Below, piece after piece: positions 29,817 through 39,561 of a stretch of DNA of 64,000 nucleotides; position 1 is the first letter of the stretch; each line of letters begins with the position of its first letter. Both the position numbers and the translations under genes were made by a program. Location: assembly GCA_963663385.2 (NCBI GenBank), contig CAXXXD010000002.1, positions 1,184,001-1,248,000 on the forward strand, read 5' to 3'. The notes below the pieces were generated by a model. That model saw only the letters and a program-made list of their open reading frames with translations, did not search any database and was not told the DNA's origin. The stretch comes from Oceanispirochaeta sp. Its GTDB lineage: Bacteria > Spirochaetota > Spirochaetia > DSM-2461.

Positions 29817-30548
29817 ATGAAGATGTTCAGGAAGAAAAAAAGAGTTGTTTCTCTCATTCTGTCAGCTCTGCTGGTTCTGGAAATCATATCCTGTAACGGG
29901 ATATCCGAGCAGGTTCAGAGCGGGGATCTGGTTATCAGTCTTGAAACGGGGAGTGAGTGGTTTCATGATTTTTCCGCTTTTAAGAAGAATCCGCCCCAGT
30001 TTGTCTTATGGATGGAAGATGAAGAGGGGAATTATATATCCACTATCTTTGCCACCAGAAAGGTTGCCACGGAAGGATGGATATTCAACGGGGGCAACCG
30101 CCGCCTGGAATCTTTGCCGTACTGGATGCATAAAAGGAACAGGCAGGATGATAAGGGAGTTCTTCTGCCTTCGAAAGATAATCCCCTTACAGACAGCATC
30201 AGCGGCGCTACTCCGAAAAACGATATAGAGATTCTGTTCAGACCGAAAAGCAACCTTCAGGGATTTATACTTTTCCTTGAGCTTAATCACTCAACAGACT
30301 TCAATTCAAACTGGCCGAAGGGAGCGGAAAAGGGTGACCCCGACTGGTCCGGCGGAGAGTGGGGCAGCGGACAGCCGGCTGTTGTCTATTCGGTCAGGGT
30401 TGACCTTACTCAGGATGATTCCCGTGTTTTCACCCTGAAAGGACACAGCAGCGCCGATGGCTCGGATGGGAAACTGTATGAGGATACATCTTCTCTAACC
30501 ACAGCTCTGGATATTCTGGGATCTGCTTCGGTGAGCCTGATACCATGA
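29817..30548 (+). CDS. DUF2271-like lipoprotein
   Basis: Lipobox IISC; PQFVLWMED..GNYI.T; LPYW; DSISGAT; GQPAVVY. Confidence 0.65.
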   Translation: MKMFRKKKRVVSLILSALLVLEIISCNGISEQVQSGDLVISLETGSEWFHDFSAFKKNPPQFVLWMEDEEGNYISTIFATRKVATEGWIFNGGNRRLESLPYWMHKRNRQDDKGVLLPSKDNPLTDSISGATPKNDIEILFRPKSNLQGFILFLELNHSTDFNSNWPKGAEKGDPDWSGGEWGSGQPAVVYSVRVDLTQDDSRVFTLKGHSSADGSDGKLYEDTSSLTTALDILGSASVSLIP

Positions 30549-31060
30549 AAAGAGTGCTGAAAGTTATTTTTCTACTAGCGGCTGTACCCTGTTATCTCTA
30601 CTCAATTGAATTCAGCGGCGGATTAATCGTCTCATCGGATGCTCTCATGGCCTCGTTCGGTGTGTCCCCTGTCAAACCGGTCCGTTTTGTTCTGGAAGGG
30701 GGGCCGGCCTTTGAGCGGGAAGCGGATCTCCGGGTAAACGACAGCTGCTGGCACCTGGGGGTAGAGTATACGCCCCGGCCCGAAGGCCGCTGGGATCCGT
30801 ATCTCAGTATGGCCTATGAAATCTTTCTGGTAGATACCTCCTATGCCGAAACAGTGGCACAGGGAGTTCTTCTGGGAGGAGGAGTAGCCTGGCATATTAC
30901 AGAGGGACACTCTTTAACTCTTGAAGGGGGATGGCGGAGTACAAAAGGGGATATTCACAGCCATTATGACACCCCGGATTTTACAGTATTTTATGATGAA
31001 GTGTGGAGAGCTCCGACATTCTGTATGGAACTGGGGTGGCGGATCCGGTTTAAAAGGTAA
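30545..31060 (+). CDS. Exported protein, probable small outer-membrane beta-barrel
   Basis: Signal peptide; alternating beta-strand pattern; C-terminal ELGWRIRF. Confidence 0.55.
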   Translation: MKRVLKVIFLLAAVPCYLYSIEFSGGLIVSSDALMASFGVSPVKPVRFVLEGGPAFEREADLRVNDSCWHLGVEYTPRPEGRWDPYLSMAYEIFLVDTSYAETVAQGVLLGGGVAWHITEGHSLTLEGGWRSTKGDIHSHYDTPDFTVFYDEVWRAPTFCMELGWRIRFKR

Positions 31061-31245
31061 AAGGAGATGGGAGACGAAGAGAATACGTGAAGACCTCCCC
31101 CTTGGGGGCAGACTCTCCGGGAGAGAAATATTTCTGTTTGAAAAAAAACACACACTTATAAAGGGGATCTTGATATATTATCATAATACGCCAGTCAAAG
31201 GAGATCTGTCCTATTCTAAAACCTGTACCCTTTATCCTGTTTATA

Positions 31246-33483
31246 TTGTTGATTATGGCAGCTTTTGCCGGCTGTTATTCTGATCATTCGGATTCTCCTC
31301 CCATGCCCCGTGCCGAAAAAGGTGTACTCGACCTGAGTTCCTGGAATTTTCCGGATGACGGGAGTGTCAGTCTGGAAGGAGAGTGGGTCTTCTGGTGGAA
31401 AGAGATCAGAGATCCTGATGACCCTTTCTTTTCTGATCCGGCGGTATATGTCAATGTTCCTGATGTCTGGACCAATTATGAAATCGATGGTCAGGCTCTT
31501 AGTGCGGAAGGGTATGCGACCTACTCCCTTATCCTGATTCCACCGGATGAACTGCAAACCTATGGATTGTATATTGAGGGAGAGGGGAGCGCTTTTGCCT
31601 TGTGGCTGAATGACAGATTGCTGATCCGGAAAGGGCGGGTTGCTTCAGATTCCCACTCTCGTTTAAGAGACAAAGGCCCTCTAACTCTTTATTTCGAATC
31701 CAACGGGGAACCCCTCCGTTTTCTTGTTCAGATGTCAAATGACCAGCATCGCAAGGGAGGCTTCAGGAACAGTTTCCTGCTCGGTCTGGTAGAACCGATT
31801 CATCACTATCAGCTTGTAAACTGGTTTATAGAGGCATTCTCCTTAGGGGTTCTTTTTATAATGGGACTCTATCATCTGATAATTTATCATTTCAGAAGAA
31901 CAGGTAAGGCTCCCCTGTATTTTGCCCTATTGTGTTTTCTGGCCGCCCTGCGTCACGGAGTGACAGACCAGTGCATATTGCCGACTCTTTTTCCGTTAAT
32001 CACATGGTCCGGTGCGATCCGGATGGAGTACTTTGTTTTTTATATCTCCCCGGCTGTTTTTGTCCTGTTTTTTAAAAATCTTTTTCCTGATGATATTAAT
32101 AAGTGGTTTGCCCGTGTGGTAATCGGAATCAGTCTTGTTTTTTCCACTCTGGTATTCATCTTCAATACAATGATCCTCAGTCATACTGTTACTTTCTACC
32201 AGGTCGTGTGGAATATTGAAATTCCCTACTATATCTATTTTATAATAAGAATTGCCCGAAAAAAACGGGCGGGTTCTTCCTATTTTGCACTTGCCACTCT
32301 TATCTTTTTTTCCACTGTTGTAATCGAAACCCTGGTTATAAATAAAATCTCCGATCCGATTCGTATCAACTATCTGTATCCCCTGGAGATGATTACATCA
32401 TTCGGATTTCTGGCTTATATTTTTGTACAGGCTATCTATCTGGCTTCCCGGTATTCCAGCGCCTTTGCCCGGGCTGAATCTCTGGCTGTAAAATTGAGAG
32501 AAACAAACAGGGACCTTGAATACAGTGAAAAAAAATACCGTACCATCTTTGAAGAATCAAAGGATATGATTTTTATTACCGGGGTATTAAGCCGGGTACA
32601 GGACTTTAATCCGGTGTGTACCGAGATTCTGGGATATACGAGAGAAGAGCTTCTAAGCTTATTCATGAAAGACATCCTTGCTGAATCTGATGATTTCTAC
32701 CGGCTTAAAAATAAAATTATGGAACAGGGGTATATCAAGAATCTTGAGACCATTTTACTCAGTAAAAGCGGAAGACCGGTCAATGTTCTGGTTAATGTGG
32801 TTCAAAGAAAAGGTGAGGACGGCCAGTTAAGAAGTTTTCAGTGGGTCGCCAAAGATATAACAGCCATGAAACAGGCTGAAGCTGAAAGACTGCGGGCTCA
32901 GGAATTTGAACAGATGTCCATTACAGATCCGCTGACAAAAATCCATAACAGACGTTTTTTCAATGAAGCCATAAAAAAGGAAGAAGCCCGGACCAGAAGA
33001 ATTTTTAAACCCTTGTCCGTTATAATTTTTGATATAGATAACTTCAAAACGGTGAATGATACATTCGGACATTTTATCGGAGATCAGGTCCTTCAAAAAC
33101 TGGCTGCCCTTTGCAGGGATACAATGAGGGACAGTGATCTGTTTGCCCGTTTCGGAGGGGAAGAGTTCATAATCCTGACACCTGAAACGGATTCTCATAC
33201 TGCTATGGATATCGCAGAAAGGTTACGTGCCGTTGTTAATGAAACCATAATGGCTCGCTGTAATGAAGGCGATATCCTGATTTCTATCAGTCTGGGGGTC
33301 GCCAGCTGGAACCCTGCCGAATCTCCTGATATTTCAGCTGTACTGGATAGAGCTGACCGGGCACTGTATGACGCCAAGAACACAGGAAGAAACAAGGCTG
33401 TGCTCTGGGAGGATTTGGGTAATAAAGGGATGGTAATAAAGGGACGGAGGATTAATTTTATAGAAACTGAATCAGCCTTGTAA
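31246..33483 (+). CDS. Diguanylate cyclase (7TM-DISM sensor, PAS, GGDEF)
   Basis: GVLDL..W...LEGEW.F.W extracellular domain, 7 TM helices, PAS, DPLT..NRR, DIDNFK.VND.FGH..GD, RFGGEEF, RxxD I-site (RDSD). Confidence 0.92.
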   Translation: MLIMAAFAGCYSDHSDSPPMPRAEKGVLDLSSWNFPDDGSVSLEGEWVFWWKEIRDPDDPFFSDPAVYVNVPDVWTNYEIDGQALSAEGYATYSLILIPPDELQTYGLYIEGEGSAFALWLNDRLLIRKGRVASDSHSRLRDKGPLTLYFESNGEPLRFLVQMSNDQHRKGGFRNSFLLGLVEPIHHYQLVNWFIEAFSLGVLFIMGLYHLIIYHFRRTGKAPLYFALLCFLAALRHGVTDQCILPTLFPLITWSGAIRMEYFVFYISPAVFVLFFKNLFPDDINKWFARVVIGISLVFSTLVFIFNTMILSHTVTFYQVVWNIEIPYYIYFIIRIARKKRAGSSYFALATLIFFSTVVIETLVINKISDPIRINYLYPLEMITSFGFLAYIFVQAIYLASRYSSAFARAESLAVKLRETNRDLEYSEKKYRTIFEESKDMIFITGVLSRVQDFNPVCTEILGYTREELLSLFMKDILAESDDFYRLKNKIMEQGYIKNLETILLSKSGRPVNVLVNVVQRKGEDGQLRSFQWVAKDITAMKQAEAERLRAQEFEQMSITDPLTKIHNRRFFNEAIKKEEARTRRIFKPLSVIIFDIDNFKTVNDTFGHFIGDQVLQKLAALCRDTMRDSDLFARFGGEEFIILTPETDSHTAMDIAERLRAVVNETIMARCNEGDILISISLGVASWNPAESPDISAVLDRADRALYDAKNTGRNKAVLWEDLGNKGMVIKGRRINFIETESAL

Positions 33484-33503
33484 TAATGACTGTTTCTACA
33501 GGT

Positions 33504-34001
33504 ATGAGAAAAGCAAGAATTATCCAGGAAGGCGCGACCTACCATGTAACGGGAAAGACCAATAGAGGCGAGTTTATCCTCTACTCCGATGAAGTTAAGG
33601 ATCTGTTTTTATCGGTGATCAGAGAGGCAAAGAATAAGTATGATTTCAAACTGATCAATTTCTGTATTATGAGCAATCATTTTCATCTGCTCATTGAACC
33701 AGGCCGAGGTACAAACCTTTCGAAGCTTATGCAGTGGATTTTGAGTGTTTTTGCCATAAGATTTAATAAAATCTATAAATTGATTGGTCATGTATGGTAC
33801 GACCGGTTTAAAAGCGTAATCGTCAGAACGTTTCAACACTATGTAAATGCCTTTCACTATATTTCTGACAATCCTGTAAAAGCTGGAATCTGTAAAAATG
33901 CCGGGGACTATTATTACAGCGGGTTATATGAATTAAAGAGACAAATCCGGAGGGTAATAAGCCCTCCGGATGACTGGATTAAACTGATAATCAGATTTTG
34001 A
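33504..34001 (+). CDS. REP-associated tyrosine transposase (RAYT, HUH/Y1 family)
   Basis: YHVT, CIMSNHFHLL (HUH), GHVWYDRFKS, YISDNPVKAG, YYYS. Confidence 0.9.
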   Translation: MRKARIIQEGATYHVTGKTNRGEFILYSDEVKDLFLSVIREAKNKYDFKLINFCIMSNHFHLLIEPGRGTNLSKLMQWILSVFAIRFNKIYKLIGHVWYDRFKSVIVRTFQHYVNAFHYISDNPVKAGICKNAGDYYYSGLYELKRQIRRVISPPDDWIKLIIRF

Positions 34002-34140
34002 TAGAACACGCGTTTGCTATATATAAATCTCAATACTTTTCTTTATGGGAAGTATATCCTTTGAGTTGAAGAAATCGTATAAATAACCGGATTGATCATG
34101 GTAAAATCCAGATAATAGCGGTATTCAATTCAAATCATGT

Positions 34141-34247
34141 ACTTACTGTTAAATAATACTGATAAGGAATGCCATTTATGCCTGTATCTCTTATGATTTT
34201 CATGTAAAAAAGCCGTAATAAAGAGAAAATCAAACCTCCGTCCCCTG
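34141..34247 (+). repeat. ~100-bp RAYT right-flank sequence, copy 1
   Basis: ACTTACTGTTAAATAATACTGATAAG...ATTTTCATGTAAAAAAGCCGTAATAAAGAGAAAATCAAACCTCCGTCCC; homologous to 40812-40909. Confidence 0.85.
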
Positions 34248-34395
34248 ATCTTAACAATAAAATAGTATTGCCTAACAATCTTATTTCATGCTAATTATAA
34301 GTTGGTAAAAAATAAACACGGATAAAAAATGTCAACACTTATTAATTTCTAATGTTATTAGATAGGTTTTGTACATTTTTGATGTAGGGGACAAT

Positions 34396-35148
34396 ATGAG
34401 AAAAATAGCCCTGTACGGAAAGGGGGGGATCGGAAAATCCACTGTAACCAGTTCTCTTGCTGCGGCCATTGCAAGCAAGGGATACCGGGTTATGCAGATT
34501 GGTTGTGATCCTAAAGCGGATTCCACATTGAATCTAACCGGCGGGAAGGAAACTGTATCTGTCATCCAGTATTTACAGGACCATGGAGGATGTGACGCGC
34601 TGGATGAAATTGCCAATATAGGTTTCAAAAATATTGTCTGTTTTGAAGCAGGAGGGCCTACTCCCGGTATAGGCTGTGCCGGTCGGGGAATTGTCACAAC
34701 TTTTGAACTGCTTGACGAACTGGAGGCATTTGATGTCTATCAGCCCGATTTTGTCTTTTATGATGTTCTGGGCGATGTGGTCTGCGGGGGATTCGCCATG
34801 CCGATGAGAAACGGTTATGCCGATGAAGTTGTGATTGTCACCTCGGGAGAAAAAATGGCGCTTTTTGCTGCCGGGAACATCCAGACTGCGGTTGAAAATT
34901 TCCGGGAACGGAACGGCGTTGAACTTCTAGGGGTCATTTTGAACAAACGGAATGTGGCCGATGAAGAACAAATTGTCCGGGATTTTGTAAAGCAGAGCGG
35001 TACGGAACTGATTGGAATCGTTGAAAGGGACGGTAATATCCAAACCTATGAAAACCGCTGTCAGACTGTAATCCAGGGCGATCCTACCCTGCCCATTTCC
35101 CTCAACTTCATGGAGATCGCTGATCGGATTATCGGAGACAAATCATGA
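34396..35148 (+). CDS. Nitrogenase iron-protein-like reductase (NifH/BchL/CfbC family)
   Basis: YGKGGIGKST, GCDPKADST, GGPTPGIGCAGRG, DVLGDVVCGGFAMP with both cluster Cys. Confidence 0.93.
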   Translation: MRKIALYGKGGIGKSTVTSSLAAAIASKGYRVMQIGCDPKADSTLNLTGGKETVSVIQYLQDHGGCDALDEIANIGFKNIVCFEAGGPTPGIGCAGRGIVTTFELLDELEAFDVYQPDFVFYDVLGDVVCGGFAMPMRNGYADEVVIVTSGEKMALFAAGNIQTAVENFRERNGVELLGVILNKRNVADEEQIVRDFVKQSGTELIGIVERDGNIQTYENRCQTVIQGDPTLPISLNFMEIADRIIGDKS

Positions 35149-36455
35149 CGGACGAATCTTCTCTCTACACGATTCCCGTTACACGCCTTATGGAAGAAAC
35201 GGAGAAAAGGAATTATCGGATCAACAGAGAAAGTTTTCCCCATTACTGCCCTCCCGGAGCGGGACATTGGGGGATGGTGAAAATGGCCTTTCAGGTTCCG
35301 GACGTTGCAGTAGTATTCGTTATCCCCATGGGCTGTGGCAGGCATGGAGGTATTGCTAACATGATGGACGGACTTCAGGGGATTCTGGCTTATCTGCCAA
35401 TAGCCGAAGTCGATATTGTCACGGGAGAGCATCTTCAGAAAACCGAAGATGCTCTGGCAGAACTGATTGAAGAGGATTCCCCCAAGGGGATTCTGCTGTT
35501 TACGACCTGTATTGACGAACTGCTGGGTTCGGATTTTGACAGTGTTATGGAACGTACGGAACAACAATACGGGATTCCTGTCAGGCGGGCCAAGATGAAT
35601 CCTTTAATGATGCTCTCCAGAAAATCGCCAGATTTGATGATCTATGTTTCCATGCATGATTTTCTGATTCCCGCAGAAAAAGAAGAAACCCTTTACAATC
35701 TTATCGGAACACCCTGCCCGGTAGATTCTGAATCGGAGCTGTATTGCCTGATAGAAAATGCCGGGTTCCAGCCCCTGCAGCATATTGCCGGTTTCAGGGA
35801 TTTTGAATCCCACTATTCCATGGGACGGGCCAGGGGGAATCTGCTTATCGGGATTGCCGGTATCCGGGCTGTGGAACACCTGGAAAAGAAGCTGGGTCAG
35901 TCCTGGATTGCTGTTTACGGCCTGTTCCGTCCTGAAGGGATTGCTGAGAATTACCAGGCCATGGAATCCTATCTCGGATGTGCTCTGGACTGGCAGCCTT
36001 ACGAAGAGGAACTTCATGTCTTTCTGGAGCAGGTCCGTCCGGCTCTGAAAGGAAAAACCTGTGTAATAGGAACAACATTGCAGGCCGCCCCTTTTGAATT
36101 AGCCCGTTTTCTAACGGAAATGGGGATGGAGGTCCGCTATATTACCGCCGGTTTAGTGCGTCCCTACGAACGGAAACACATGTCCTGGCTGGAAGAAAAG
36201 TCCCCGCAGATCAAAGTTATTCCCAGCGTGGATCCTTCACTCTCCATGACCGGAGGAATAGTGGATACGGTGGACTTCGGTTTCGGTCTGGATACTCCGG
36301 CCTATTTTAAAATTGGCAGTCTGGTAGATATTTCCGTTGATGATAACCTTTACGGATTCAGTGGAACGAGAAAGCTGATAGAGAAGATTCTGACCGCAGA
36401 ATCCTTTACCAAAACAATTAAAGAACACGTTTACAGCCTAAGCCTGGTTGTCTAG
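35145..36455 (+). CDS. Nitrogenase component-1-like subunit (D/N/Y type)
   Basis: Three spaced Cys (HYCPP, MGCGRH, TTCIDELLGSD); EVDIVTG; YGFSG; ATGA overlap with the nifH-like gene. Confidence 0.82.
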   Translation: MTDESSLYTIPVTRLMEETEKRNYRINRESFPHYCPPGAGHWGMVKMAFQVPDVAVVFVIPMGCGRHGGIANMMDGLQGILAYLPIAEVDIVTGEHLQKTEDALAELIEEDSPKGILLFTTCIDELLGSDFDSVMERTEQQYGIPVRRAKMNPLMMLSRKSPDLMIYVSMHDFLIPAEKEETLYNLIGTPCPVDSESELYCLIENAGFQPLQHIAGFRDFESHYSMGRARGNLLIGIAGIRAVEHLEKKLGQSWIAVYGLFRPEGIAENYQAMESYLGCALDWQPYEEELHVFLEQVRPALKGKTCVIGTTLQAAPFELARFLTEMGMEVRYITAGLVRPYERKHMSWLEEKSPQIKVIPSVDPSLSMTGGIVDTVDFGFGLDTPAYFKIGSLVDISVDDNLYGFSGTRKLIEKILTAESFTKTIKEHVYSLSLVV

Positions 36456-36464
36456 GAGAATTAT

Positions 36465-37616
36465 ATGAAAGGATTGATGCGTCATCTACCTCCTTTGGCG
36501 CCCGATTATTCCGGGGCCGTTTCGGTACTCTTTACTCTGGGGGGAGGAATAATTATCAATGGAGCCGACGGGTGTATCGGAAATGTTACAGGTTATGATG
36601 AACCCCGTTTCTTCGATCACCCTGTCCATATTTATAGTTCCGGGCTCAGGGAGATTAAAGCTGTAGCCGGTGATGAAGAAGTACTCCAGCGTAAGGTGGA
36701 AAATTCCGTGGGCGACAAGGATGTGCCCTTTATTGTATTACTGGGAACTCCCAATTCGGCAGTTATAGCCAGTGATCACCGGGGGGTCGCAAATATCTTG
36801 CGGAAAGGCCGCAGGATTCCTGTTTTAACCGTCAACACCACAGGAATCGATACATATGAAATCGGCGCTGCTAATGCCTACCTGGAACTTGCCAAAACCT
36901 TTTCCGAACCCATGGATGAACAATCGGGAATAAATATCATTGGCGCTTCCCCTATGGATTACTGGAGCTCTCGGCAGGTTGACGCCATGACGGAAGCCCT
37001 GGCCGGACAGGGAATCCATGTCCGGTCTGTCTGGGGAGCCGATAACTCCCTGGATAATATCCGTCGGTCTGCCGGTGCAAAAGCAAATCTGGTAGTATCC
37101 TGGTCGGGATTAAAAGCGGCTCGATGGATGGAGCGGCGCTATAAGATTCCTTTTGTTACCGGTGTTCCTCTGGGCAGGCAGTTAACAGAGGAATTATCAT
37201 ATGAATTAATGCATCTGGGTTCTGAAAGGCCGAAGAAAAGAAATCTCTTGAACGAAAGAAGAATGCCATCGGATTCACGGCAGGAACGGGTTCTGGTGAT
37301 TGGTGATCAGATCTGGGCTGATTCAGTCCGCCGGTATCAGCAATTGGAGCAGAACCGGAACGATGTCTACACAGCCAGCTTCTTTTCCCTTCATAAGTCA
37401 TTGAAGGGAGACAGGGATTTTTTTATTGAATCGGAAAAGCATCTGAAAGAACTGATAGCCGATTTAAAACCGGATATCCTCATGGCTGATCCATTATGTC
37501 AAATTTTTCTGGAAGATGAAAAAACGGAATTTGTCGCCCTGCCTCATCTGGCCGTTTCCAGCAGGCTTCACTGGGACCATGATCGTTGCTATACCGGATT
37601 AAATCCCGATTTTTAA
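36465..37616 (+). CDS. Nitrogenase component-1-like subunit (K/B/Z type)
   Basis: APDYSGA, ADGC, SSGLRE..AVAGDE, INIIG, NLVV..SG..AA.WME..Y.IPF. Confidence 0.8.
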   Translation: MKGLMRHLPPLAPDYSGAVSVLFTLGGGIIINGADGCIGNVTGYDEPRFFDHPVHIYSSGLREIKAVAGDEEVLQRKVENSVGDKDVPFIVLLGTPNSAVIASDHRGVANILRKGRRIPVLTVNTTGIDTYEIGAANAYLELAKTFSEPMDEQSGINIIGASPMDYWSSRQVDAMTEALAGQGIHVRSVWGADNSLDNIRRSAGAKANLVVSWSGLKAARWMERRYKIPFVTGVPLGRQLTEELSYELMHLGSERPKKRNLLNERRMPSDSRQERVLVIGDQIWADSVRRYQQLEQNRNDVYTASFFSLHKSLKGDRDFFIESEKHLKELIADLKPDILMADPLCQIFLEDEKTEFVALPHLAVSSRLHWDHDRCYTGLNPDF

Positions 37617-37622
37617 TCCTCT

Positions 37623-37701
37623 GAACATCTGTAATCCCTCAGATGTTTCTTTATAGGGAGAGAATAGCGGGGATCTCCAAAATATCGGCAGATTCCCCGC
37701 T
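37623..37701. terminator. Two stem-loops between convergent operons
   Basis: GAACATCTG/CAGATGTTC and AGCGGGGA/TCCCCGCT inverted repeats. Confidence 0.5.
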
Positions 37702-37754
37702 CTTCCAACGACCTGTAACCGCTTTAGCTTGAGTAAATCGGAAGAGCTTTCCGT

Positions 37755-38501
37755 TTATCCGAATACTGGTATGATCGCCTGACGCACCGACATTTCATGC
37801 TCGAAGTTTAACTTTCTGATTTCCAATTCGTACAGGCGGCGCAGACTTTCGTCACTCAATGATTTCTCTGCTTTATCAAATATATATTTGCCGGAAGAAT
37901 ACATTAGAAGCGCTTTATCTGCGGCGAATACGGCCTGGTTCGGGGAATGAGTGGTAAATAGTACGGTCATACCCTCCTTCCTGCTCAGGCGGACAAGAGT
38001 CTGCAGAACTTTATTCTGATTCTTGAAGTCGAGAGCTGAAGTCGGTTCATCCAGAATCAGAATGGAACAATCCGAGGCCAGAGCCCGGGCAATGAGTATC
38101 ATCTGCCTCTCTCCGCCGCTTATTTCAGTGAAAGAACGGTTTCTGAATTCAGACAGCCCCAGTTTTTCAAGAATTGCTTCCGCAATTTCGTAGTCCCGTC
38201 TCCCGGGAGATGAAAAGGGAGCAATATGACGGGCTCGTCCCATTACCACCATATCCAGGGTGGAATAGGCAAAGGTGGATGTCACCTGCTGTGGGACATA
38301 ACCTGCGGCTCCTCCTAAAGTAACAGATCCACAGGATAGAGGAAGAATTCCCAGTAAGCACTTGAGCAACGTGGTTTTTCCCGTTCCGTTCCTGCCTAAA
38401 ATAGCCCCGATTTCTCCTTTTTCCAGGTGAAAGGACAGATCTTTGAATAAAGAATCTCCTTCAGGGGAGTAGGAAAAACGGATATCCTTTCCCTTAACCA
38501 T
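37755..38501 (-). CDS. Metal-chelate (FecE/BtuD-type) ABC transporter ATP-binding protein
   Basis: GRNGTGKTT, ISGGERQ, ILDEPTSALD, TTH. Confidence 0.92.
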   Translation of the reverse strand: MVKGKDIRFSYSPEGDSLFKDLSFHLEKGEIGAILGRNGTGKTTLLKCLLGILPLSCGSVTLGGAAGYVPQQVTSTFAYSTLDMVVMGRARHIAPFSSPGRRDYEIAEAILEKLGLSEFRNRSFTEISGGERQMILIARALASDCSILILDEPTSALDFKNQNKVLQTLVRLSRKEGMTVLFTTHSPNQAVFAADKALLMYSSGKYIFDKAEKSLSDESLRRLYELEIRKLNFEHEMSVRQAIIPVFG

Positions 38502-39522
38502 TGCCCCATCCTTTGCCGCCGGTTTTTTTGAGAAGATAGGCAAAAAGGGGCGCTCCGATGATTGCCGTGATAATGCCTATGGGGATTTCAGCCGGTGTGG
38601 CGGCACGAGCCAGATTATCAATCCACAAAAGGTAAGTCCCGCCGATAAGAGCCGACGCGGGGAGCATCCGCCGATGATCGGGACCGACCAGCATCCTGGC
38701 GATATGGGGAACGACCAGTCCGACCCACCCGATGATTCCAGCCACGGAAACGACAGCCGAAGCGATAATCGCCACAGCAGTTAAGGCCAATCCCCTGATC
38801 TTTGCAGGATTGATCCCTATGGCCAGGGAGTCTTCGTCTCCCAGGCTAAGGATATTGATGCGGAAACGGAGCAGCATAAGAAATAGCATCCCCGTAATAA
38901 TAGGAGCCAGAGCGATAAGAAGCTGTTTATATGTGGCAGAGGAAAAGCTGCCCATAAGCCATATCACAATAGCCGGAAGCTTATCATAAGGATCAGCGGT
39001 ATATTTCATAAGCGATGTTAATGCTGTGAAGAAAGCGTTGGCAATAACTCCCGCTAATACAAGCATGAGGATGGAAGATCTTTTTCCGGAGCGGCCGATC
39101 CCGCAGACTAGAAGCAGGGATAAGATACCAAAGGCAAAGGCCAAACCCATCGTTGCAATTTGCGAATTCAGCAAAGAAATCGCCAGGGCGCCTCCGAAGC
39201 CGCTTCCCGATGTTACACCGATTACCTGGGGACTAACCAGAGGATTTTTAAATATCCCCTGAAGGGCTGCCCCCGCCATGGCAAGGGAGGCTCCGGAAAG
39301 AAGAGCCAGGGCCGCTCTGGGCATTCTTATTAATGTAACAACCCGAAAGTCCGTACTGCTCCAGAAAGAATCAATCGGGATCAGGAAAGATGAGAGGATC
39401 CCCAGAACTTTATGCGGCGAAACACGATACCTCCCGATCCCCAGGGAAAGAACTACCGAGATTATGAGTAGAATAAACAATAACACTGTCAACGAGGGAA
39501 ATCCTGTCTTTTTCATTTTCAT
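38494..39522 (-). CDS. FecCD/BtuC family ABC permease
   Basis: IRMPRA, QGIFKNPL, WLMGS, GIIGWVGLVVPHIAR, EIPIG. Confidence 0.93.
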   Translation of the reverse strand: MKMKKTGFPSLTVLLFILLIISVVLSLGIGRYRVSPHKVLGILSSFLIPIDSFWSSTDFRVVTLIRMPRAALALLSGASLAMAGAALQGIFKNPLVSPQVIGVTSGSGFGGALAISLLNSQIATMGLAFAFGILSLLLVCGIGRSGKRSSILMLVLAGVIANAFFTALTSLMKYTADPYDKLPAIVIWLMGSFSSATYKQLLIALAPIITGMLFLMLLRFRINILSLGDEDSLAIGINPAKIRGLALTAVAIIASAVVSVAGIIGWVGLVVPHIARMLVGPDHRRMLPASALIGGTYLLWIDNLARAATPAEIPIGIITAIIGAPLFAYLLKKTGGKGWGNG

Positions 39523-39561
39523 CTCTGTCGCTGTTTTCCTGGCTTAACCCTGAACGGATTA

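Noticed and set aside
34396..37616. True nitrogen fixation (nifHDK)
   Set aside because: Subunits are short and divergent, the P-cluster ligand set is incomplete, no FeMoco ligands are seen, and no nifB/E/N is present
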